A program made the translations under genes and the position numbers. Of a stretch of DNA of 64,000 bases, positions 17,286-27,069 are shown one piece after another; within the stretch, counting starts at the first letter, position 1; every line of letters begins with the position of its first letter. The stretch is taken from IMG/VR virus record IMGVR_UViG_3300001460_000004, positions 1 to 64,000 of that record; one strand, given 5' to 3'. The notes beneath the pieces were generated by a model. It was not told where the DNA came from, made no database searches, and was given only the letters and a program-made list of their open reading frames with translations.

Positions 17286-17686
17286 GTTTTGTAAAACATA
17301 TTCCTGAGTTTTGTTTGAGTCATTGGTTACTGCGAATACCGCTAGCCATTGTATTCATACAACAGGGATTGAGTAAATTTCCAGTAATACTAGAAGATGC
17401 CGAAGCATTTGAACTTCCATACATAGTATGGTGGTTCGCTGCATATGGAGAACTAGGCGCAGGTATTGGTTTACTTGTNGCTGGTTTATTAGCATCTTGG
17501 TCTTTGACAAGTGACTATGGCGATATGCTAACACGTTTTTGTGGTATTACAATTTGTAGTATTATGACAGGTGTTATCTGGGTAGGACAACCAGAAAGTT
17601 TCTGGGACGTTATACTATATGACAACCTCCACGTACTGTTATGGGTAGGTGGATTATTTTTTGCTCTAAGAGGTAATAGAACATGA
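17282..17686 (+). CDS. DoxX-family membrane protein
   Basis: LLRIPLAIVFIQQGLSKF; ELGAGIGLL; four TM segments. Confidence 0.8.
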   Translation: MSFVKHIPEFCLSHWLLRIPLAIVFIQQGLSKFPVILEDAEAFELPYIVWWFAAYGELGAGIGLLXAGLLASWSLTSDYGDMLTRFCGITICSIMTGVIWVGQPESFWDVILYDNLHVLLWVGGLFFALRGNRT

Positions 17687-17811
17687 TTGAAATTATAGGT
17701 TACTTTACCGATCATGTAGTATCACGTATGTTTGATGATATTCACGATGCTATTGAATTCCGAGATCTACTTGATGCAAACTATGTACGAGTAGAATGGA
17801 TACAACGATGA
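17683..17811 (+). CDS. small hypothetical protein, 42 aa (not in ORF track)
   Basis: MIEIIGYFTDHVVSRMFDDIHDAIEFRDLLDANYVRVEWIQR; ATGA overlaps. Confidence 0.55.
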   Translation: MIEIIGYFTDHVVSRMFDDIHDAIEFRDLLDANYVRVEWIQR

Positions 17812-17990
17812 AGCCCAATAACAATTTTAAATTGGATATAAAAGATATTGATACAATCGAACAAGGATTGTTTCAATTGCAAAAAGAAACAAGTTGTCAT
17901 AATGGCAAACGAGTTATTATTGATGTTCTTGCAAAATTACATCATCAAAAAATTTGGTATAGGCCAAAAAATAACTACGTTAGTGGTTGA
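17796..17990 (+). CDS. hypothetical protein
   Basis: Coupled ORF ending KIWYRPKNNYVSG; true start may be 17808. Confidence 0.55.
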   Translation: MDTTMKPNNNFKLDIKDIDTIEQGLFQLQKETSCHNGKRVIIDVLAKLHHQKIWYRPKNNYVSG

Positions 17991-18015
17991 CAAATACCAA
18001 TTTAACCACTATATT
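17987..18015 (+). promoter_or_regulatory. sigma70-type promoter
   Basis: TTGACA-N17-TATATT. Confidence 0.7.
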
Positions 18016-18044
18016 AGTAGTACACACATACACAGGAGAATACA

Positions 18045-18353
18045 ATGTCAATAGAAACAAAATATGGTGAAGCCATCTTTAAACAAACACAGGAAGTTGC
18101 TGAAATGTTTAAAGCCGCAATGCCAAAAATCACAACAAACAAAAATGGTTATGAAATCCGCACCAAGGTGCTGGAGATGGCACAGAACAATGTATGGCAG
18201 GATTACCACGCCAAGTTTGCAGGATACGAAACAACAGTTACCAAAATGGGCACGGAAGACTTTGTTATTAAGGTAGAGATGCCTACTGTTCCTGGGGCGG
18301 ATGCTGTGCTAGAAGCGGCGGAGAAGTTTTACGCTTTTGTAAACCAAAAATAG
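18045..18353 (+). CDS. hypothetical phage protein
   Basis: AGGAG RBS; KNGYEIR...AEKFYAFV. Confidence 0.7.
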   Translation: MSIETKYGEAIFKQTQEVAEMFKAAMPKITTNKNGYEIRTKVLEMAQNNVWQDYHAKFAGYETTVTKMGTEDFVIKVEMPTVPGADAVLEAAEKFYAFVNQK

Positions 18354-18428
18354 TGTTGCATATGAACAACATTTGTTAATACAATATTCCAACTCTTAGG
18401 ATATTTAAAGATTTAAAAAAACACACTT

Positions 18429-18463
18429 TATAAATAAAACGTGGGCAATAAATGCCCACGTTT
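18429..18463 (+). promoter_or_regulatory. late promoter and 5' stem-loop upstream of the porin
   Basis: TATAAATA 18429-18436; AAACGTGGGCA/TGCCCACGTTT hairpin. Confidence 0.65.
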
Positions 18464-18508
18464 CTTTGATACTCTATCAAAAACAATCCCAGGAAAGGAT
18501 ATTTTTTA

Positions 18509-19264
18509 ATGCGTAATGTATTTATTACAGCAATGGCTCTTGCTTTGTCAAGCACCGCAGCTTTTGCAAACCCTACAATCTCAGGAGAAGTTGAATTGAA
18601 ATTTGCTGAATCAGCAAATGAAAATATTGGCGGATCTATGGGCGTTGACTTAAACGTTGATGCAGGAATGGGAGCAGTTGCTCTTGAATTTTCTGTTGCA
18701 GACGGTGGTGATCTTACACTTGATAATTGGGCTGTAGGAACAAGTGTTTCAGGCATTGGTGTACATTTTGGTGATGACTTAGGTGTTATGCCGGGTGCTG
18801 AAGGCGAACACACACTAGCTGCTCCAGTGATGGCAGAGTCTCTACGTGTAACAGTTGGCGATGCACAAGTTGCATTTGGTCTTACTGATTGGAGTACTGA
18901 CGTCACAGACATTAGTAACATCCAAGGTTCATACAAAGTTGGAGCTTATACTTTTGCAGGCGACTATAACTTAGATAGCGAAAATATTGTAGTAGGTGCC
19001 GGTTTAGGTGGTTTTAATCTAGGAGTTGCTGACGCTTCTGGTGCAATTACATATGACACAGATGCAGAAGTATTTGGGTTTGAAGGTGTACTAGCTTCAA
19101 ACAGGTTAACTGCTTATGCTAACGGTGACGACGAGGATCCACTACAAAATATTGGTGGCGATTATGCCTACAACATGGGCCCAGCCGATGTTACTTTTGG
19201 TGCTAACTATAATCTTGATGAAGAAGAAATTACCCCAACTGCAACAATTGGTTTTAGCTTCTAA
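18509..19264 (+). CDS. outer-membrane beta-barrel porin
   Basis: Signal peptide ending AFA; amphipathic beta strands; acidic; C-terminal IGFSF BAM-type signal. Confidence 0.8.
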   Translation: MRNVFITAMALALSSTAAFANPTISGEVELKFAESANENIGGSMGVDLNVDAGMGAVALEFSVADGGDLTLDNWAVGTSVSGIGVHFGDDLGVMPGAEGEHTLAAPVMAESLRVTVGDAQVAFGLTDWSTDVTDISNIQGSYKVGAYTFAGDYNLDSENIVVGAGLGGFNLGVADASGAITYDTDAEVFGFEGVLASNRLTAYANGDDEDPLQNIGGDYAYNMGPADVTFGANYNLDEEEITPTATIGFSF

Positions 19265-19290
19265 GCAACACTTGTATTGCAGACAAACTT

Positions 19291-19317
19291 AAAAGCAACG
19301 TTCGCGTTGCTTTTTTT
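19291..19317 (+). terminator. rho-independent terminator
   Basis: AAAAGCAACG-TTCG-CGTTGCTTTTTTT. Confidence 0.9.
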
Positions 19318-19497
19318 ACACCGTTAGTAATACTGGCATAATTAAATTATGCAGCGCCAACAATCAGTTGACGCCGGTTTTAAATCTAAAGTGACGCTTG
19401 ATATGTTATTATCTTTACTGTTCTATTAGTACATAACGCCGCTTCAACCGTATGTAAATCTAGCAATTTTTAACAAACAATTTACGAGGAGAATATA

Positions 19498-20868
19498 ATG
19501 GATGCAATGATTATTGGATTATTGATCTTTATTGCGATCATGGGTTATGTGAGCTATAACATTAACCGAAAATATCAAACATCAAAAGAAGGTTACTTAC
19601 TAGCAGGCAGAGATTTGTCAATCTTTGATATTACAATGAGTATTACAGCAAGCTGGACATTTGCACTAGGTGTGTTGATGATTAGTTTTTTTACTTTTAC
19701 TAAAGGTGCAGCTGGGTGGACATGGTTTGTAGTTCCACAACTAGGCGGCTTGGCTTTAATGGCACTCCTGGCATGGAATATTCTTAAAAAAATGCCTAAT
19801 GGTTTTACTACTATTCAGTTTGTTCGAGAGCGTTATAAAGATAAACGTGTAACTGCATTTTTTCAATTGGTTGCAATTCTCGGTGTATTAAATGCATTAA
19901 TCGGTAACTTAACTGCACTAGGAAATATCAGTGCATATATGAGTGGCGGACTTGTAAGCTATGAAGTATTAGTATGTGTAATGAGTCTTGGTATTCTAGG
20001 GTATACACTCTGGGGAGGGTTAAAATCAAGCGTTGCTACTGACAAAGTACAAACTGGTTTCCTTGTACTACTAGCAGTATTTGGTTTTGGATCTTGGATT
20101 GCATATGGCAACCCAGAAGGTATTAGTGCTACACTTTCAAGTGTAGAAGGTGCAAGTCCAGTATTTGGTAGTATTATGTATGCAATGGGTGCTAACTTAT
20201 TAATGCTAATGAGTGCAAGTCTTGTAAACGACAATGGACTATATCAACGGGTACTTGCTGTTAAAGACAAAGCTCGTGCCTGGCAAGGATTTGTTTGGGC
20301 TGGTGCATTGTTTACAGTTATTGCACTAGGTATTGGAGCATTGGCTGCAACTGGTATCCACACTGGTGTTGAAGTAGTTGACGGTAAATTAAGTACAACT
20401 GCAACACTCGAAGCATTGTTTGGTGGGGTTGGTCTAATTATTATGACATTAGCTATTTTAAGTGCTAGTGCTAGTACTATTGATACAGCATACAATAGTT
20501 TTGGTGCTATGGTTGCAAACGATATGCTTCCCAATAATGAAGATCCAGTACGTACTAGTCGACTAGCAATGTGTGGGCTGTTTATTTTTGTTACAGCCGT
20601 TGCATTATTTAAAATTGATATTTGGATCATCTTTACAACATTTGCACTATTGCGATTAATTACAGTTGCACCAATGGTAATTGGCATTGTAAGTAACTGG
20701 AGTTTTAACACTACACCTATTCTTATTGGTATTGGTCTTGCATTAGTTTATGCATTGTGTGTTAAAACAGGAAATGCATTACCACTAAGTGGTACAACAA
20801 ATAATTTGATTGTACTATTGCTCCCGGCATTAGGAACATTTTTAGCAATTCGTAAAGAACATACTTAA
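19498..20868 (+). CDS. sodium:solute symporter (SSS) family transporter
   Basis: YLLAGR, SITASW, YTLWGGLKSSVATDKVQ, YQRVLA, SASASTID; about 13 TM. Confidence 0.92.
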   Translation: MDAMIIGLLIFIAIMGYVSYNINRKYQTSKEGYLLAGRDLSIFDITMSITASWTFALGVLMISFFTFTKGAAGWTWFVVPQLGGLALMALLAWNILKKMPNGFTTIQFVRERYKDKRVTAFFQLVAILGVLNALIGNLTALGNISAYMSGGLVSYEVLVCVMSLGILGYTLWGGLKSSVATDKVQTGFLVLLAVFGFGSWIAYGNPEGISATLSSVEGASPVFGSIMYAMGANLLMLMSASLVNDNGLYQRVLAVKDKARAWQGFVWAGALFTVIALGIGALAATGIHTGVEVVDGKLSTTATLEALFGGVGLIIMTLAILSASASTIDTAYNSFGAMVANDMLPNNEDPVRTSRLAMCGLFIFVTAVALFKIDIWIIFTTFALLRLITVAPMVIGIVSNWSFNTTPILIGIGLALVYALCVKTGNALPLSGTTNNLIVLLLPALGTFLAIRKEHT

Positions 20869-20870
20869 TA

Positions 20871-22010
20871 ATGAATCCGTGGGATAACCCTAAATTAGGA
20901 TACTATCGTGTTGGAAACAGCACGATGGTATCTAAAATTACTGCCTTTGAAGAAGGTACAAAACAAAATATTCACCCAACTTGGCATTTTGACGACCATA
21001 TATGGAATGCACAAGATTGGAAAACTGAACCCCAAATTGATATATTAGAATTGTACAAAATGCGGGCTCGACAAATACGAGACACATATGATATAGTTGT
21101 AATTGATTATAGTGCCGGTAGCGACAGCCAAACTATAGTAAATGCATTTTTAGACAGTGGGTGTTTTATTGATGAAATAGTGACAGTCTGGAATAGCACT
21201 ATAGACAATAATGTTACCCAAAATAGTGCAGATCCCACCAACATCGAAAATGAATTTAAACATACAACTGCGCCTGGCATAAACGAAATTTTAAAACGCT
21301 CACCTAAAACTAATATTAATTATATTGACATCAGTGAGCAAGCAATACAGTCATATAACCACAGAGAAGATTATACGTGGATTTACCAAACTGCAGAGCA
21401 TTTAAATCCTATATACCAAACTCGATGGGATCCAACAATTAAAAAACCAATACAACAAATACTAGATACTGGTAAAAGTGTTGCATTTGTTAGTGGTATT
21501 GATAAACCCCGAGTAACAATTAAAGACGGAAAATATGCACTATATTTTATAGATAGTCTAGTTAACAATGGTAAAATTGCTAAACCAGGTCATATGTACG
21601 ACAACTATGATAAGGTTTACTTTTTTTGGTCAAGTGACTTTCCTGAAATAGTAATTAAACAAGCTCACTTGGTACGCAAATGGTTTAAAGCTAATCCAGG
21701 GCTAGAACCAATGTTAAATTGGGGCACCAAAACCTATGATAATTTAAGAGTATACGAAACACTAGTGAGAAGTATTGTTTATCCAGAATGGCCAGTGAAT
21801 ACATTTCAATGTTTAAAAGTAACAAGTCCAATTTGGACTGAATGGGACAACTATTTTTGGAAAAACTTTGGAAATAAAGATGAAGGTAAACAATGGTTTG
21901 CTGGGATTGAATACATTGTTAATAATATTGATCACAAATATTTAGACTTCAAAGATGGACGACTAAATAATTTTACTGGAATGATAAATGGACTCTTTGA
22001 AATAGAATGA
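20871..22010 (+). CDS. PP-loop (adenine nucleotide alpha hydrolase-like) protein
   Basis: YSAGSDS variant of SGGxDS; GIDKP. Confidence 0.6.
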   Translation: MNPWDNPKLGYYRVGNSTMVSKITAFEEGTKQNIHPTWHFDDHIWNAQDWKTEPQIDILELYKMRARQIRDTYDIVVIDYSAGSDSQTIVNAFLDSGCFIDEIVTVWNSTIDNNVTQNSADPTNIENEFKHTTAPGINEILKRSPKTNINYIDISEQAIQSYNHREDYTWIYQTAEHLNPIYQTRWDPTIKKPIQQILDTGKSVAFVSGIDKPRVTIKDGKYALYFIDSLVNNGKIAKPGHMYDNYDKVYFFWSSDFPEIVIKQAHLVRKWFKANPGLEPMLNWGTKTYDNLRVYETLVRSIVYPEWPVNTFQCLKVTSPIWTEWDNYFWKNFGNKDEGKQWFAGIEYIVNNIDHKYLDFKDGRLNNFTGMINGLFEIE

Positions 22011-23203
22011 AAATCATAACGGCTAATAATAAATGCTTTACCCGGACATCTCTTAGAGATAAAATTAATCAATACAAAAAAGAATTAAAATCCAAACCAT
22101 ACGTTAATATGTTAAGCAAAGAATGGGAAGACCACTTGGCCGTGTACACTGCATGGCAAGAAGTAGGTGGTACGGTATTAATTAATAATCCACTCAACCC
22201 CCTAGACTTTCAAACAAGAACGTTAGAAAATATGGATCGGTTAAGCCCCAAAGATGCTATATGCTTTCTAACTAGTGGCACCACTGGGCTTAATAAAATT
22301 GTAGTTAACAAAGAAAAACAATTATTACATGCAGCTCGAGTTGTGCAAAGCATGCCTGGATGGGATCCAGATGATCCGCTTGATTATGTTAGCACAATGC
22401 CAGCGTTTACTAGTGGCTTTTGGCACATTGTATTAGCTCCAGCAGTTATGGTGAATAAAACTTGTACCATGATTACTCCTGCTACTAATCCTACTGGCTT
22501 AGGAAATGTACTAATGACATCAACTGGGGCATTAGAACAATTTAAACTGCAACATCCAACACTTAATTTTCACGGATACAAATATGTAAATGCCGGAGCA
22601 AGTCAAGTTTTACCAAAGCATGCAGATATTGCATTTGATCGAGGTGCTGAAAATTTTTACATCACATACGGAATGAGTGAAACAACATCTCCTTCATTAA
22701 CTCGTGTTACTAACATTAGAGATAAAAATGTTGACTGTATGGATTTTAAACCTATTGAGGGAAGCCCATACGAAATAAAACTAGTTGATGGTGAGTTATG
22801 GGTGCGTGGAGATGGTGTATGCGAAAATGCCGCAGACTTTAATAGCGAAGATGGTTGGTTTAAAACAAATGATTACTTTGATCATGTAACCGATGACTTA
22901 GTTAGATTTAACGGTCGTGCAAGTGACTATGTACAAATGAATGGATTTAAAGCAAGTTTACTAGTGATAGAAAACGTTATTGCAGAAAGTGATTGTATTA
23001 ACGGTGAAGTGCTAGCTGTAAAACACAACCGACTAGGAAGCGACTATATTGAGCTCAAACACACAGATCCTAATATAAAGATAACCATAGCACAAATACA
23101 AGACCTATTACAAGACAAATTACCCAAATGTAATATTCCAAGACAATTTACATTTGTTGACTCAATACCAAAAAACCCATTGGGTAAGAAAATGCGCCGA
23201 TGA
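22007..23203 (+). CDS. acyl-adenylate-forming (AMP-binding) ligase
   Basis: TSGTTGLNK, YGMSET, GWFKTND, FNGR, IPKNPLGK. Confidence 0.9.
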   Translation: MKIITANNKCFTRTSLRDKINQYKKELKSKPYVNMLSKEWEDHLAVYTAWQEVGGTVLINNPLNPLDFQTRTLENMDRLSPKDAICFLTSGTTGLNKIVVNKEKQLLHAARVVQSMPGWDPDDPLDYVSTMPAFTSGFWHIVLAPAVMVNKTCTMITPATNPTGLGNVLMTSTGALEQFKLQHPTLNFHGYKYVNAGASQVLPKHADIAFDRGAENFYITYGMSETTSPSLTRVTNIRDKNVDCMDFKPIEGSPYEIKLVDGELWVRGDGVCENAADFNSEDGWFKTNDYFDHVTDDLVRFNGRASDYVQMNGFKASLLVIENVIAESDCINGEVLAVKHNRLGSDYIELKHTDPNIKITIAQIQDLLQDKLPKCNIPRQFTFVDSIPKNPLGKKMRR

Positions 23204-23898
23204 AAAAATTAATATTTCTTGGCACTAGCTCAGGCATCTCAATATTTGAAGAAGCTGCCGAAGCTATGGGATACGAAGTTTACGGTGTTATGGACGGAGA
23301 CTATACAAAAGGTGATGAATATTGGGGTATTCCAGTTATTAACAGCGAAACAGTATTTGATAATCCAAAATTAGCACAGTACTACAAACAAAACTTTGTG
23401 TTCTTTAATGCTATAAATTGGTTACCAATGAACGACAAAATTTCTGTACGCAACACACAAAAACGACATAAGTTTATGCAGTTAATACAACAACACAATT
23501 TAGAGTGTATTAATATTATTGAAGAAGGTTCGTATGTTAGTACAAAATCTACAAAGTTAGGNACAAACATTTATCTTGGGCATTGGATTGCAATTGAACC
23601 TCATTGTGTTGTGGAAGATTTTGTTAGTTTGTTTGGGCACACGTTTTTAGGGCACCATACACAGGTGGGAGAAAATTCTCAAATACAACGACATGGAGAA
23701 ATGTACGGAAATGTTAGATTGGGGAAAAATTCTTATGTAGGCACCCATGCTGGCATAGTACAAGATTGTGTTGTAGGAGACAATGTATGGATACAACCAG
23801 GTATTAGAGTGTGCAGAAACGTAGAAAATAATGAAATAATTGGTGCTACTAAAAAAAGTCTAAGAAAAACAGTACCATACTATGGTACTTTTCCTTAA
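23200..23898 (+). CDS. NeuD/PglD-like left-handed beta-helix sugar acetyltransferase
   Basis: N-terminal Rossmann-like start, hexapeptide repeats, GHH. Confidence 0.8.
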   Translation: MKKLIFLGTSSGISIFEEAAEAMGYEVYGVMDGDYTKGDEYWGIPVINSETVFDNPKLAQYYKQNFVFFNAINWLPMNDKISVRNTQKRHKFMQLIQQHNLECINIIEEGSYVSTKSTKLXTNIYLGHWIAIEPHCVVEDFVSLFGHTFLGHHTQVGENSQIQRHGEMYGNVRLGKNSYVGTHAGIVQDCVVGDNVWIQPGIRVCRNVENNEIIGATKKSLRKTVPYYGTFP

Positions 23899-23916
23899 TT
23901 TTCTGACATTATCCGG

Positions 23917-23945
23917 TTGACATATGAGTAATTGTACCGTATACT
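23917..23945 (+). promoter_or_regulatory. sigma70-type promoter
   Basis: TTGACA-N17-TATACT. Confidence 0.8.
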
Positions 23946-23977
23946 ATATATATAAAGTTAGAAATTAGGAGCAACAT

Positions 23978-25075
23978 ATGTCAGAGACAAGAACAGTAAC
24001 GGCGTTAACAGCAACAAATGCAATTCAAAAGTGCTTTGCTAAAAAACGCCCTGTGTTTTTATGGGGTCCTCCCGGTATTGGTAAAAGTGAGATAGTCGAA
24101 AGCATTATCGCTAAAATGGGCGGTTTAATGATTGACTTACGTTTGGGTCAAATGGATCCAACTGATATACGAGGTATTCCTTTTTACAATAAAGAGAAAG
24201 GTGTTATGGACTGGGCACCACCTGTAGAGCTACCAAGTGAAGAACTTGCATCCCAGTTTCCCATTGTGGCTGTATTCTTTGATGAAATGAACAGTAGTGC
24301 TCCTGCTGTACAAGCTGCATCGTACCAGTTAATACTTAATCGTCGAATTGGACAATACAAATTACCCGATAATGTAGTAATGATTGCAGCTGGTAATAGA
24401 GAAAGTGACAAAGGTGTTACATATCGTATGCCTACTCCGCTTGCTAACCGTTTCGTACATTTAGAAATGCGTCCTGATTTTAATTGCTGGTTAGATTGGG
24501 CTGTACAAAACAACGAACACAAAGACGTTGTAGGTTATTTGCAATTTGCAAAACAAGACTTATATGATTTTGATCCTAAAAGCTCAAGTCGTTCTTTTGC
24601 TACACCACGTACTTGGAGTTTTGTAAGTGAACTTATTGAAGATGATGACGGTACTGATCCAAGTGGATTAACAGATCTTATTGCTGGTACGATTGGTGAA
24701 GGACTTGCTATTAAGTTTATGGCACATCGTAAGTTTGCAGGTGATCTACCAAATCCTGAGGATATCTTAGATGGTTCTGTAAAAGAACTTAAAGTAAAAG
24801 AGATCAGTGCAATGTACAGTTTAGTTGTTAGCTTGTGTTACGAGCTAAAAGCAAGTCTCGAAGATGACAGTGTTAATGATAAAAAATGGCACGAGTATGT
24901 TGATAACTTCTTTGCTTATATGATGGACAATTTTGAAACTGAAATTGTTGTTATGGGTGCAAGGATTGCATTAACTACATACGAACTACCAATGCAACCA
25001 ACTAAACTTAAAAACTTTGATCGGTTATATGAAAAATATGGCAAATATATTGTTAAGTCCAACCAGGCCGCTTAA
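23978..25075 (+). CDS. MoxR-like AAA+ ATPase
   Basis: GPPGIGKS, FFDEMN, AAGNR, LANRF, TPRTW. Confidence 0.92.
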   Translation: MSETRTVTALTATNAIQKCFAKKRPVFLWGPPGIGKSEIVESIIAKMGGLMIDLRLGQMDPTDIRGIPFYNKEKGVMDWAPPVELPSEELASQFPIVAVFFDEMNSSAPAVQAASYQLILNRRIGQYKLPDNVVMIAAGNRESDKGVTYRMPTPLANRFVHLEMRPDFNCWLDWAVQNNEHKDVVGYLQFAKQDLYDFDPKSSSRSFATPRTWSFVSELIEDDDGTDPSGLTDLIAGTIGEGLAIKFMAHRKFAGDLPNPEDILDGSVKELKVKEISAMYSLVVSLCYELKASLEDDSVNDKKWHEYVDNFFAYMMDNFETEIVVMGARIALTTYELPMQPTKLKNFDRLYEKYGKYIVKSNQAA

Positions 25076-25334
25076 TCGAGAGGGTCAACTAAATCGTGCA
25101 ATGCAGAATCCTGAAGGAGCTGTGTTGCACACTCGTAGTTTTGACCATAACGATCAACAAAATCTAACAAGAATGATTAAAGATCTCTGTATAGAATTTG
25201 GAAGACCAAATACTGAAGACTGGGGTTTTTATTGTTTGTATGCAGGTGATGAAGTTAACTTAAAAATATGGTTCAATGATCCAAGGCTGGCTATGATGTA
25301 TGTGTTAAAGTTTGGAAATTCTAATCTTCAATGA
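25017..25334 (+). CDS. hypothetical protein (start uncertain)
   Basis: ORF between the AAA and vWA genes. Confidence 0.5.
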   Translation: MIGYMKNMANILLSPTRPLNREGQLNRAMQNPEGAVLHTRSFDHNDQQNLTRMIKDLCIEFGRPNTEDWGFYCLYAGDEVNLKIWFNDPRLAMMYVLKFGNSNLQ

Positions 25335-25687
25335 AATACGAAATACAAAAACTTGATGGTAGATTTACATTCAAACGTCATTTTGATTATGCAATTGCGT
25401 TTGAAAACAGAATGGCACATGATAAAGGTCCATTGTATTGGGCTAAATGTCATGCATGGTTAACCGAAACATATGGCCCAAGTTTAGAAATGAGCATATG
25501 GAATGAAATTAAAACTTGGGATGAAATGCGATACATGGTTAGCCTTGGGCCGGACCCAGAGGTTGCAGAACTATGTAATCCTGATTGGGCTTGGAGCATA
25601 GCAGTTCCAGCAAAAATACGTATATATCTAAAAAATCATGAAGTTTTGACATGGTTTTCTTTGAAGTTTAGTCAGAATATTGATTAA
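25331..25687 (+). CDS. hypothetical protein
   Basis: Coupled ORF. Confidence 0.6.
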   Translation: MKYEIQKLDGRFTFKRHFDYAIAFENRMAHDKGPLYWAKCHAWLTETYGPSLEMSIWNEIKTWDEMRYMVSLGPDPEVAELCNPDWAWSIAVPAKIRIYLKNHEVLTWFSLKFSQNID

Positions 25688-25693
25688 ATATGG

Positions 25694-25722
25694 TTGACAA
25701 TACATATTCATTGTGCTATAAT
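25694..25722 (+). promoter_or_regulatory. consensus sigma70 promoter
   Basis: TTGACA-N17-TATAAT with extended TG. Confidence 0.85.
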
Positions 25723-25753
25723 ATATGTATAAATTAGAAAAGAGGATATAGGA

Positions 25754-27031
25754 ATGAGTCTAGAAACTGATGCTAAATCTAATAATAAACCTCTTAAATA
25801 TCTACTAGGTGATACTGACCCTAAACTTGATGCAGAAATGCGTGAAAAACTTATTACAGCACGAGTTGGGTTGTTGCTAAACAATCAATTTTTTGGTAAC
25901 TTGGCTACACGACTTAAATTAGTAAATGCCGATAAGTGGTGTACTACTGCCGCAACTGATGGGAGACATTTTTATTACAACAGTCGATTCATTGAAATGT
26001 TGTCTCAAAAAGAAGTTGAATTTTTGTTTGGGCACGAAGTATTGCATGTAGCATATGATCATTTTGGTCGTAAAGGTGAACGAGATCACCAACTTTGGAA
26101 TGTTGCTTGCGACTATGCTGTAAATGGAGATCTCAAGTGGCACAAGGTAGGACAATTTATTACAACAGTNCCGGCATTGTATGATCCTAAATACAAAGAT
26201 ATTGCAAGCGAAGAAATATATGATGAACTGTACGAAAATGCAGAAAAAATTAATATTGATGATTTAATTGACAAACTATTAGATGAACACATTGATGCCG
26301 ATGATGCAAATGAAGAAGGTGCAGGACCTGGTGAAGAAGGACACGATACTAGTAAGCCAATTCCGTTAACCAAAGAACAAAAAGAACAAATTAAAGATGA
26401 AATGAAAGAAGCATTAATTAATGCGGCTAGTACAAGTGAAGCTGGAAAAGTACCAGCTGGCATACAACGTATTATTAAAGATCTCACTGAGCCTCAAATG
26501 GACTTTAGAGAATTGTTGCAAATGAATATTCAAAGTTTAATTAAAAATGATTTTACATTTGCAAAAGTAAGTCGCAAAGGTTGGCATTTTGATGCAGTAC
26601 TACCTGGTATGAACAACGACGAAGCAATTGATATTGCAATTGGATTGGATCTAAGTGGTAGTATTACTAACGAAATGGGCCGAGATATGATAAGTGAAAT
26701 ATACGGCATTACACAACAATTTGGTACATTTAAAATACATTTGTTTACATTTGACACAGAAGTATATAACTATCAAGTTTTTGATAGTGACAGTGGTCAA
26801 GATATTAGCGAATACGAACTTAAAGGAGGTGGCGGCACTTCATATGAATGCATATTTAACTTCCTTAAAGAAGAGGGCATTGAACCTCAAAAATTAGTAG
26901 TGTTTACAGATGGATATCCGTGGAATACATGGGGTGATCCAAACTACTGCGAAACATTATGGATTATACATAGCAACCCTAATCCAGAACCAGAGTTTGG
27001 TGATTGGGTTCCATATCAACTAGCGGCATGA
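25754..27031 (+). CDS. zincin metallopeptidase plus vWA domain protein (DUF2201-like)
   Basis: TAATDG, HEVLH, WNVACD; MIDAS DLSGS, GGGGT, FTDG. Confidence 0.9.
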   Translation: MSLETDAKSNNKPLKYLLGDTDPKLDAEMREKLITARVGLLLNNQFFGNLATRLKLVNADKWCTTAATDGRHFYYNSRFIEMLSQKEVEFLFGHEVLHVAYDHFGRKGERDHQLWNVACDYAVNGDLKWHKVGQFITTXPALYDPKYKDIASEEIYDELYENAEKINIDDLIDKLLDEHIDADDANEEGAGPGEEGHDTSKPIPLTKEQKEQIKDEMKEALINAASTSEAGKVPAGIQRIIKDLTEPQMDFRELLQMNIQSLIKNDFTFAKVSRKGWHFDAVLPGMNNDEAIDIAIGLDLSGSITNEMGRDMISEIYGITQQFGTFKIHLFTFDTEVYNYQVFDSDSGQDISEYELKGGGGTSYECIFNFLKEEGIEPQKLVVFTDGYPWNTWGDPNYCETLWIIHSNPNPEPEFGDWVPYQLAA

Positions 27032-27069
27032 TTATTTTACATGCCCTGTAATTGACGGTAAATATTAGT

